Of a stretch of 64,000 bases of DNA, positions 43,079-51,155 are shown one piece after another. A program made the translations under genes and the position numbers. Numbering within the stretch: the first letter of the stretch is position 1; each line of letters opens with the position of its first letter. The notes under the pieces were generated by a model that saw only the letters and a list, made by a program, of their open reading frames with translations, was not told the origin of the DNA and ran no database searches. The DNA comes from TPA_inf: Saccharomyces. Taxonomy: Eukaryota. The DNA lies in the NCBI GenBank assembly GCA_000146045.2, contig BK006945.2, forward strand, positions 864,001-928,000. Direction: 5' to 3'.

Positions 43079-43918
43079 ATGCAGGGCACTTTTAAAAGGT
43101 TTTACCATCCCACGCTTACGCGGATGTCCTTCTTGGATAAATTCCTCAAGCCTATGATGGCAACGGCTTCCCCAAAGGAATACCAGATCAAACAACTGGT
43201 CAAGCCAATAGGCTTAACACAAGCACCAAGGAAAAGCACCAAATACTCCCAGGGGAACTCTTTGAGGGATATGTTTGATTCGGAAAAGACAAACCACAGA
43301 GTTAAAGAGTTGGCCGTTGAATTCAGCAAATCTGGACTTTATGACGTGCAAGTCTTCCAAAAGACAAAGGGGAAATTGTTTATAGCTCCAGTTTCATATT
43401 GGAAAGAAGATAAAGCTTTGTTTTTTCCTCATTTGATAGGAACGGCAATGGATGGTACGAAACAACAGAATATCGAGGATATGTTAAGGGGTAAAACCAG
43501 TATAGTGAGGTTATTTAGTACAGCATCTGGCGATAAGTTGAGTAGTTCATACTTCCAAGGAATCGTAGACGATAACAAAAAAACTGACTACTTGACTGAA
43601 GCTGATGCGCGTTTAAGTTTAAATGACAGTAACGTCCAAATCATCGAGGTCAATCTTGTAGAAAACGCTGTGAAAAGTGCTCTAGTGAAAACGCTTGCTC
43701 GTTGGGCCAATCGCGTTCCATCCTGGCGCCAGCCATTTTATTTCGAATGTTCTAGAGGCCAATGGCCATTTTCCGTCAGGGAAGAGCTCTTTTGCAATAA
43801 TGTCTTTTCTGGATACGTCTTTCTTGTGGACCAGCAGTTAAAAATTAGGTGGGCAGCTTGCGGGGAGGCTACTCCATCTGAAAAGGAAGCATTGTGGAAG
43901 TTTGCCAAACGTCTGTGA
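43079..43918 (+). CDS. ATP10: Mitochondrial F1F0-ATPase assembly factor, 279 aa
   Basis: The 279-aa ORF has an N-terminal mitochondrial-targeting-like sequence (MQGTFKRFYHPTLTRMSF). Its length and position match YLR393W. Confidence 0.85.
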   Translation: MQGTFKRFYHPTLTRMSFLDKFLKPMMATASPKEYQIKQLVKPIGLTQAPRKSTKYSQGNSLRDMFDSEKTNHRVKELAVEFSKSGLYDVQVFQKTKGKLFIAPVSYWKEDKALFFPHLIGTAMDGTKQQNIEDMLRGKTSIVRLFSTASGDKLSSSYFQGIVDDNKKTDYLTEADARLSLNDSNVQIIEVNLVENAVKSALVKTLARWANRVPSWRQPFYFECSRGQWPFSVREELFCNNVFSGYVFLVDQQLKIRWAACGEATPSEKEALWKFAKRL

Positions 43919-43949
43919 AGTTGACGCTTTGTGCGGCGGCCAACAAGGG

Positions 43950-45398
43950 ATGGGCGGCTATTTGGCGATCGTGTTCATTCCCCAAACTAACACGAAGAGC
44001 ATGAGAGAGAAAAAACAAAAGTGCTTGAAACAGGTAAGACGTTTATCATTGATATCACCAAAGAAATATATAATGCCGGATTCTATTTTTGAACAGCCCT
44101 TTGTTTACTGTGGTGTTTGCCACAGAAGAACATCGCATGGAGATCCATTGAGGCTGACCTCATGTGCTCATATCCTCTGTTCGCAGCATTCTCCATTAAC
44201 ATCAAAGGTGTGTCCTATATGCCGTTCGAGCGATATCTCCATCATTAACCTTGTGGAATCTAAACAGCTGCCTACCGACATTAGGATTTTTTTTGAGCCA
44301 CTGCCCCCACTTTTGGAGTCGTTATATAATGTTTCCCAATTCCAACTGAATGGGCTTTCGAAACAGTGTCAATACTATCAAAATCATTGTTTAAAGTTGA
44401 GAGAAAAATGTGCAAGACAACAGCAGCTGCTATATCAGGCCAAAATAGAGTTGGATTCTATGGCGATTCTTAAGAAAAGAATACAGGAATTAGAGTCAGT
44501 TTTGAATCATAACAATGTTTCTTCGATGTCAGTTGGTGTGCTACCAACAAGAAATAGCCATCAAAATCATTACCAGCCCCCTCCAACCGTTGATCTGACA
44601 GTTGATGATAATAGTTTAGAAGAATTCGAAGCCAAATCCTTTATTAAAAAGTTGAAAAAAAACTCTTCTTTGAGAAATTCTTCAAAAAATAACAATGGAA
44701 CTGTCACTCCCTCTACAAGTGGTCGTGTAAATAAAAACCAGCCTCTCTTTATGGAGACATTGAATAATCCTAATAGAAATAGCATTCCTCCTCCTGGAAT
44801 GAACCCAAACGCAAATAGTAATCTACCTAATATTTCGACTATTGCAGAATCAACCAATCTGAACAGATTTTCGTTCTCTCCTGTGCGTGTTGCAAAAGGC
44901 TTCGATGGAAAGTTGCCAAATCTTGACATCCTCACGAATAATGGCTCTGTATCTTCCAAAAATATATCAAGATTATCTTCAGCTTCTCTCCAACCCTCTT
45001 CGCCTCTATCTTCATCATCAAATAGGCTTATTTTACCAAATAGTAACCTCAAAGAATTGCATCATTCAAATACACCTTTAACAAGTACCTCGACGCAGTT
45101 TCCCTCAGCTTTAGAAAAATTAAAAATAACAAGGAAGAGAAATAATACTATCAGCGGTTCGAATAGAATAACACACAACTTGAGCTCACACGTAAGAAGC
45201 AGTGGTCTTGCCTTTTCATCTTCATCGAACTCATTGCAACAAAGTAAACTGCCGAAATCAAATATACTAAAGCGGTCCAATTCAACTCAGCAACTGACTA
45301 ATACACATTTGAAGAGTGATAATCATCTGCCACCTCGCTCAAGTAATACTGTGTTGGGTAGTAGCAAGAAAAACAATAAGTTTAGAAGGATTAGGTAA
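43950..45398 (+). CDS. CST9: SUMO E3 ligase, RING-finger ZMM protein of meiotic crossover and synapsis initiation, 482 aa
   Basis: A C3HC4-like RING is present (CGVCHRR...CAHILCSQH...CPICRS), followed by a coiled coil and a Ser/Asn-rich tail. Starting at 43950 gives the reported 482 aa. The longer ORF from 43902 overlaps the ATP10 3' end. Confidence 0.82.
   Translation: MGGYLAIVFIPQTNTKSMREKKQKCLKQVRRLSLISPKKYIMPDSIFEQPFVYCGVCHRRTSHGDPLRLTSCAHILCSQHSPLTSKVCPICRSSDISIINLVESKQLPTDIRIFFEPLPPLLESLYNVSQFQLNGLSKQCQYYQNHCLKLREKCARQQQLLYQAKIELDSMAILKKRIQELESVLNHNNVSSMSVGVLPTRNSHQNHYQPPPTVDLTVDDNSLEEFEAKSFIKKLKKNSSLRNSSKNNNGTVTPSTSGRVNKNQPLFMETLNNPNRNSIPPPGMNPNANSNLPNISTIAESTNLNRFSFSPVRVAKGFDGKLPNLDILTNNGSVSSKNISRLSSASLQPSSPLSSSSNRLILPNSNLKELHHSNTPLTSTSTQFPSALEKLKITRKRNNTISGSNRITHNLSSHVRSSGLAFSSSSNSLQQSKLPKSNILKRSNSTQQLTNTHLKSDNHLPPRSSNTVLGSSKKNNKFRRIR
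43951..43960. promoter_or_regulatory. URS1 (Ume6 binding site) TGGGCGGCTA overlapping the annotated CST9 start codon; a second GC-rich URS1-like core (GCGGCGGCC) lies 10 bp upstream
   Basis: This is a 10/10 match to the early-meiotic URS1 consensus TSGGCGGCTA, of the HOP1 type. Confidence 0.55.
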
Positions 45399-45728
45399 AT
45401 AGGTGTAAGGATTCCCCGTGACGAAAACAGCCTTCAGAATAGATAGAGTATGTTACTGTATTATAAAAGTTATTCTATTTTCTTATGTGTTACTATATAT
45501 GGTATTATTTTAGAAGAAATTTGTCGAATTATGTTCTTCTTAGATCCTTCTTTCCCGCCGTCTCAATACGAAGGCACAAGGAGAGGATTATGAATATATG
45601 AAAAGAAAATTGTACAAATAAATAAAACGATGATATGCGCACCTAGGAATAGCAAAGAACACACTCTAAAACGTCTCAACCAAGCACGCTATGTACACAC
45701 ATCTATCCTTCAAACTTATGGGGGTGTT

Positions 45729-45965
45729 TTAAAAAGCACCTGACTTTTTCAATTGAACATAGCAGGCAACAAATGGAACAGCAAATCCAATAGCGAAGAA
45801 CCCGAAATGAGATAAGGCGTAAGGTGTCTTTCTTCCTTTGACTTTGAATGGGATATTTTCATACACACCGTCTTTGAAGTGTACTGACCTCTTCATGATA
45901 ATAGGTCTGGTCATGATATTGCTACTTCTCTTAGCTGTCGTTCTAATCATCTGTTGGCACAACAT
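45729..45965 (-). CDS. COX8: Cytochrome c oxidase subunit VIII precursor, 78 aa
   Basis: MLCQQMIRTTAKRSSNIMTRPIIMKRSVHFKDGVYENIPFKVKGRKTPYALSHFGFFAIGFAVPFVACYVQLKKSGAF has a presequence plus a single TM and matches Cox8. Confidence 0.93.
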   Translation of the reverse strand: MLCQQMIRTTAKRSSNIMTRPIIMKRSVHFKDGVYENIPFKVKGRKTPYALSHFGFFAIGFAVPFVACYVQLKKSGAF

Positions 45966-46159
45966 TGCGTAATGGAAATGGATAACTTTTCTGTTTAGTT
46001 TGCTCTGTGGCTCTATCTAGAAAATTAAAGGATACAAAACTAATTAACCATTCTTATAAATCACTAAGCCAGCACAATGGTTTCTACTGCTGTCAGCCTT
46101 TATTTTCAATTTTTCTTAGTCCCCTAGCTTTTCCGTAAACACCGAACACTTCTCTCGTA

Positions 46160-46167
46160 TGATTGGT
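46160..46167. promoter_or_regulatory. HAP2/3/4/5 CCAAT-box (TGATTGGT) about 195 bp upstream of the COX8 ATG
   Basis: It matches TNATTGGT exactly. COX8 is a respiratory gene of the Hap-regulated class. Confidence 0.5.
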
Positions 46168-46234
46168 GCAAACCGTTTGGTGAAAAAAAGCACATTTGCA
46201 TATACAAAAAATTAACAAATCTATCATATAATAA

Positions 46235-48310
46235 TTAAGATATAGAGTTCATGATCCTTGTGCCATTGATCAAGCCATCGGCGATGATGATAAACCTTTT
46301 ATTGATACCTTTTTTACCTAGTATTTTTTGCAAATGCTTCATTATAGCTATTTCACCCATTGTTACACCTCCGAGGAATACTACGAGTGCAATATCCTCT
46401 GCAGCATGAAATGTCCCATTAGATCCGTCTATGGACCGTCTATTATTGCTCTTGATGCTTGCATTGATCTTTTTTGTAATGGTTCCCGGGACCCATATAC
46501 TCTCTTCGATCGCATGTGAGTCTCCATATAACTGTTCAATTAAATCCTCCGTTTGAGAAACTCTAGGTTCTCTTGACAGTATAAAAGGCTGCTGCGAGGA
46601 ATAATTATGGAACAAGATAGACCTATCATATAACATCTGAACCAGTCTCATTGTCAAGGGCACTACACCACTGTAAGCAAAAGTGGCTTCCGAGAAGTCA
46701 TCGTTCTCATTTGTGATTTTATCGGCAGCATGCTCGTCTTCTATGGGTACTGTATTGAACCATTGTGAAATATAACGGTATTCTTTCTGTAATCTTGTTG
46801 ACTTACTTGTTGTAATATGCAAATCAGTTTTTCCCGTTTTGCTAGTGAAAAATCCTAACTCAGCCAATGATTCAAGTTGAAAGCATTTTTCAATGCCCCA
46901 AGAGTCGATCATAAAGGTTCTTAGATATTCATAATCCTTTTCTCGAAGTGAATTTTTACAAAGAGACAATAAACAGATTAATCTGAGAATCTTCTTTTGA
47001 TCAACCTCGTACTGGTACTGCAACTCGAGTATAATATCTTCAATGTCGTTATTAAGTGTATTTCCCATCAAAATTTCCAGCTCTAACTCTAAGATTTTAT
47101 TGAAAGATCCGTACTCTTCAGTCTCTACCACTTTCAAAACGTCGGATGATAAGGTTGTGTGATTTTTCAAAAAAGCTTGCCTTTGTTGCAAAGAACCTAA
47201 GGAATCAACGAATTCTTTGATTTCATGTACGCTCTCGGCTTTATGCCTTGTATCATATTGCGTTTGTAGTTCCTTTGCCAATTTATTTAACTGCGGCCCA
47301 ATCGACCCAAAATTTAAAAATTTCAAATCATTCCATATTTTATCTTCCTTATAATTGAAGTTCATGTCTTTCTCCTTTATCTTTATGCCAGAATTGAATT
47401 CATATAGATCATCTAGTATTCCTGCATACGTAAGTTGTGTCAACAATGGCGTTATAGGATCGGTATTCCTTTCCAAGATAATCAAGTCCATTTCTAGTCC
47501 ACAGTTGGTTCGTTCACCATAAAGCGTACCCTTGATGAATAAATCATTCTCTGTTTGATGCTCATCGATTCGTTTCTTCAAAAGATGGCTACATCTCTTA
47601 GACAGATTACCTATCGACACAACATTTGTTATGATACTATTAGTTTCAAAAATCAAGCTCTGCAACGAATTGACCATATCATCAACCAGTATTGACTCTG
47701 TGGCACTCTGCAAAGAACGTAAGTTGGGATAATACATGTTTACATTTTCCATGTTATAAAGGGAATGAGTCAATAGAACATTTTCATCAATCTGTGGGAA
47801 GGGCAAGAGATCCCAAGGGTAAAGGGTATATTCGTTCGATAGCTCCTTTAACTGAGATTCAATGACGTTAGGGAAATGTGTTTTTTTTGAATTCAAATCG
47901 AAACCATCCTTTTGCCATTGCTCTGTATCCTCCAAAGTATTTTGGAAAGACGGTTTCCATCGACAGTATATTATATGCAAAGATGATAAATTGTGCTTTT
48001 GAGCAGCATCAAGCAGTTGTGGAGGGAGTCGGAGAGATGTTCTGACATCAATAAGAAAAATAAGATCCATTTGCGGAACGCTGCCTAAGGCACTCGGTAA
48101 ATCGTCACTTAGCTGATCATCGAGTAACGTAATTTTCCTTACAGGAGTTGATTGAGTCAAATCTTGGAAAGTTAGCAAACTATTGAGTACTGGCAATACA
48201 CTTGGTTGAACCACAAGAACTTCATCATTTTGAGATATCTCATTTAAGGTAGCACATAGTCCATCGGCATTTGTTAATGAAAATTTCTTAGTATTCCAAA
48301 ATCTATTCAT
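46235..48310 (-). CDS. VPS33: Sec1/Munc18-family protein of the HOPS/CORVET complexes, 691 aa
   Basis: The 691-aa ORF has SM-protein features. Its length and position match YLR396C. Confidence 0.85.
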   Translation of the reverse strand: MNRFWNTKKFSLTNADGLCATLNEISQNDEVLVVQPSVLPVLNSLLTFQDLTQSTPVRKITLLDDQLSDDLPSALGSVPQMDLIFLIDVRTSLRLPPQLLDAAQKHNLSSLHIIYCRWKPSFQNTLEDTEQWQKDGFDLNSKKTHFPNVIESQLKELSNEYTLYPWDLLPFPQIDENVLLTHSLYNMENVNMYYPNLRSLQSATESILVDDMVNSLQSLIFETNSIITNVVSIGNLSKRCSHLLKKRIDEHQTENDLFIKGTLYGERTNCGLEMDLIILERNTDPITPLLTQLTYAGILDDLYEFNSGIKIKEKDMNFNYKEDKIWNDLKFLNFGSIGPQLNKLAKELQTQYDTRHKAESVHEIKEFVDSLGSLQQRQAFLKNHTTLSSDVLKVVETEEYGSFNKILELELEILMGNTLNNDIEDIILELQYQYEVDQKKILRLICLLSLCKNSLREKDYEYLRTFMIDSWGIEKCFQLESLAELGFFTSKTGKTDLHITTSKSTRLQKEYRYISQWFNTVPIEDEHAADKITNENDDFSEATFAYSGVVPLTMRLVQMLYDRSILFHNYSSQQPFILSREPRVSQTEDLIEQLYGDSHAIEESIWVPGTITKKINASIKSNNRRSIDGSNGTFHAAEDIALVVFLGGVTMGEIAIMKHLQKILGKKGINKRFIIIADGLINGTRIMNSIS

Positions 48311-48549
48311 CGTGAAATGATTTGATAAAGTTGGAGATGGGCAATATCAGCTTTTTCTTCCTTTCTCGAATTTTCTATCTTTTAACTAATTAACATATAA
48401 CTAGTTCCAATTTGCTAACCTTTATGATATTTTATTTATGTATGTTCGTGTGAAGTGATTAATATATTATACAAAATGACCGGAGTTCAGTATAATTTCT
48501 ATCTACTATTATTGAGCACACAAAGGAAAAGAATTGACTATGAACAAGC

Positions 48550-50892
48550 TTACGAAGATGAACCGCTTCTTAGAGCAAACTCTTCATAATAAGAGAGCAT
48601 TTCTGGAGTAATGCCCCTAGCAATTCCTTTAAAAGCTTTCTCAAAATGACGTAATTCCACTTTTGCGACATCTAAATCTTCCATTATGGCAGCCAAGCCC
48701 GCTTCTTGACAAAGCAGCACAACTTCAGCTCCGGAATAACCTTCTGTACGGTCTGCCAATTCATGAAGATCGACTCCAGACTCTTCTGTATTAAATTTCT
48801 TTGTGCACTTCTTTAAGATTTCCAAGCGGGCGTTTACGTCTGGAGGGCCAACGTAAATGTGTCTATCTAACCTACCAGGCCTTAGAAGAGCAGCATCTAT
48901 TTCATCAGGTCTATTCGTCGCCGCTACAATAACTACACCCTTTAACTCTTCAACACCATCAATCTCATTGAGTAAAGATGTGAGCACGTGATTAGCTGCA
49001 GAGGTGGAACTCCCGTCTCTATCAGGAGATAATGCATCGATTTCATCAAAGAAGATAATACTTGGAGCTGCAGAGCGTGCTTTGCGGAAAATTTCTCTTA
49101 TAGCTCTTTCGGATTCCCCTACATACTTGTTAAAAATTTCAGGCCCTTTCACAGCTAAGAAGTTGATACCCGATTCTGTAGCGAGAGCTTTTGCGGTTAA
49201 TGTCTTGGAGCAACCTGGCGGCCCGTAAAGTAATACACCTTTTGGTGCAGAAATTCCCAGCCTGGCAAAAGTCTCCGAAGCCTCCAAAGGCAACTGTATC
49301 ATTTCTTTCATCTTTGTTTTAAGCTCTTCTTGGCCGCCAATGTCAGACCAATAAACTTTTGGCATTTCTAAGAAGATTTCTCTCATTGCGCTGGGTCTGA
49401 TATCAACCATGGCGCTCTCCACATCTTTCAATGTAACTTTTAGGGAAAACTTGTCAATATTGGCGTCTGTTCCTAGTCCTCGTTGTATCGTCTTCATAAC
49501 TGATTCTCTGCAGAGAGCAGTTAAATCAGCACCAACATAGCCATGCGTTTTAGAAGCAATGTACTTGATCGCTTCAGAATCTAATACGTGACGATCCGAG
49601 GACATTCTTGAGAATTGCTTAGTTAAAATGTCAAATCTGGCATCAACGTCTGGTATACCAATTTCTACTTCTTGGTCAAACCTGCCAGGTCTCCTGAGAG
49701 CAGGGTCGACAGAATTAGGCCTGTTTGTAGCAGCAATTACCACCACTTTACCTGCAGCGCCCATGCCATCCATTAGGGTAAGCAATGTAGCCACGACTCT
49801 GCTCTCAACTTCACCGGAGTCATCGTTTGCTCTATTTGGTGCTATTGAATCAATTTCGTCAATGAAAATAATGGAAGGCTGGTACTTCCTTGCTTCATTA
49901 AAAATATCTCTTAATGCCGCTTCCGTTTCACCAAGATATTTGGAGACGATTGAGGGGCCATTAATGGTTAGGACGTGTGCGTTGGACGTATTTGCTACAA
50001 CTCTCAAAAGCATAGTTTTACCAGTACCTGGGGGTCCGTGAAGAAGTATACCTCGAGGGGGAGAAACACCAAAGCTACTAAATAGCGTCGGTTGATGAAG
50101 AGGTATTTCAATAGCACTTTTCAGTGATTCAATCTCCTTGTCTAAGCCGCCCACTGCTGCATAGGATAAGGGCTCCGGAAGATTGTATTTACGATTTGCC
50201 TGGGTTTCTTTCGAAAAAGTTATATGTGTGGAGCCTTTTCTGAATATAAAAGGTGGAGATAGATAAAACAGGTTATCTAATCCACCGTACATATCGTCCA
50301 TGTTAAGATCTAGTTGGCTGACGTCGGGAAGCGAATCATCGCTCGCATCTGTAATTACGACATCAATGCTTTCATCACCTGCTTTTGTTTTTAAGTTTTG
50401 AAAAATCATTCCAGGCATTATAACGCCACTATCATCCAGTAGCTTTTGAATTACTTTTTCCTCCATACATTCCAAAATATTATATCCTTGTAAGGACCCC
50501 ACGGTAACCTTAGTGGCATAAGGTGGTTGCACCTGGGCTTTCTTTAATTCTAGACGATCACCAAGGATAAGGTTCCCAACAGATCGTATAGTTGTGGAAA
50601 GGGTGATAACATTAACAGGATGTACTTCTTCATCACCCGCTCTAGCTATTACTAAAATACCATTTTCGCCTATCTTACCGACAGTACAAAATGATCCCGG
50701 ATTTATCTCAAGCGAGGATAATACGTTAGGATGAATATATGCTGTGCATGTTTCCTTGCCATGATCTTTAGAAGGATGTGGTCTGGTAATAAATTCAGCA
50801 GGCAATTTAAATTTGGATGCTTTTGCATCAGCACTATTAGAACTTGCCGATGATTTCTTTTTGGAACCGGAAGAACTAGATTTAGGAGCCAT
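48550..50892 (-). CDS. AFG2: AAA+ ATPase of the Cdc48/p97 subfamily with two ATPase domains (Drg1), 780 aa
   Basis: Two Walker A motifs are present (GPPGTGKT; GPPGCSKT), each with a Walker B/SRH region. Its length matches YLR397C. Confidence 0.93.
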   Translation of the reverse strand: MAPKSSSSGSKKKSSASSNSADAKASKFKLPAEFITRPHPSKDHGKETCTAYIHPNVLSSLEINPGSFCTVGKIGENGILVIARAGDEEVHPVNVITLSTTIRSVGNLILGDRLELKKAQVQPPYATKVTVGSLQGYNILECMEEKVIQKLLDDSGVIMPGMIFQNLKTKAGDESIDVVITDASDDSLPDVSQLDLNMDDMYGGLDNLFYLSPPFIFRKGSTHITFSKETQANRKYNLPEPLSYAAVGGLDKEIESLKSAIEIPLHQPTLFSSFGVSPPRGILLHGPPGTGKTMLLRVVANTSNAHVLTINGPSIVSKYLGETEAALRDIFNEARKYQPSIIFIDEIDSIAPNRANDDSGEVESRVVATLLTLMDGMGAAGKVVVIAATNRPNSVDPALRRPGRFDQEVEIGIPDVDARFDILTKQFSRMSSDRHVLDSEAIKYIASKTHGYVGADLTALCRESVMKTIQRGLGTDANIDKFSLKVTLKDVESAMVDIRPSAMREIFLEMPKVYWSDIGGQEELKTKMKEMIQLPLEASETFARLGISAPKGVLLYGPPGCSKTLTAKALATESGINFLAVKGPEIFNKYVGESERAIREIFRKARSAAPSIIFFDEIDALSPDRDGSSTSAANHVLTSLLNEIDGVEELKGVVIVAATNRPDEIDAALLRPGRLDRHIYVGPPDVNARLEILKKCTKKFNTEESGVDLHELADRTEGYSGAEVVLLCQEAGLAAIMEDLDVAKVELRHFEKAFKGIARGITPEMLSYYEEFALRSGSSS

Positions 50893-50971
50893 TTTCCTTT
50901 CTATGATTGGGCAATTTTGAGAATGGGCAATGTTGAGAATTCAATTGTATATTGTTCGCATATTAGTTTAT

Positions 50972-50995
50972 GTGATGAGGCAATATAAAATTTTC
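50972..50995. promoter_or_regulatory. PAC-like (GTGATGAG) and RRPE-like (ATAAAATTTTC) pair, 80-100 bp upstream of the AFG2 ATG
   Basis: Both are near-matches to the ribosome-biogenesis regulon motifs GCGATGAG and AAAAATTTT, spaced about 6 bp apart in the typical arrangement. Both are imperfect. Confidence 0.3.
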
Positions 50996-51075
50996 TTACA
51001 ATAGTCCGCCCGTTGCTTACATGAAAGAAAAAAAAAATAAAGATGGATCGAAGTGGACTTAAAAACTATGTATAC

Positions 51076-51092
51076 GTGTGTGTGTGTGTGTG
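51076..51092. repeat. (GT)n dinucleotide microsatellite, about 8.5 units
   Basis: cgtgtgtgtgtgtgtgtgtgca lies in the AFG2 upstream / SKI2 downstream intergenic region. Confidence 0.9.
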
Positions 51093-51155
51093 CAATAAGA
51101 GTTCGAAAACATTAACTTTTATAAACATGACTCACATTGAGAATAAATGAGCTCT

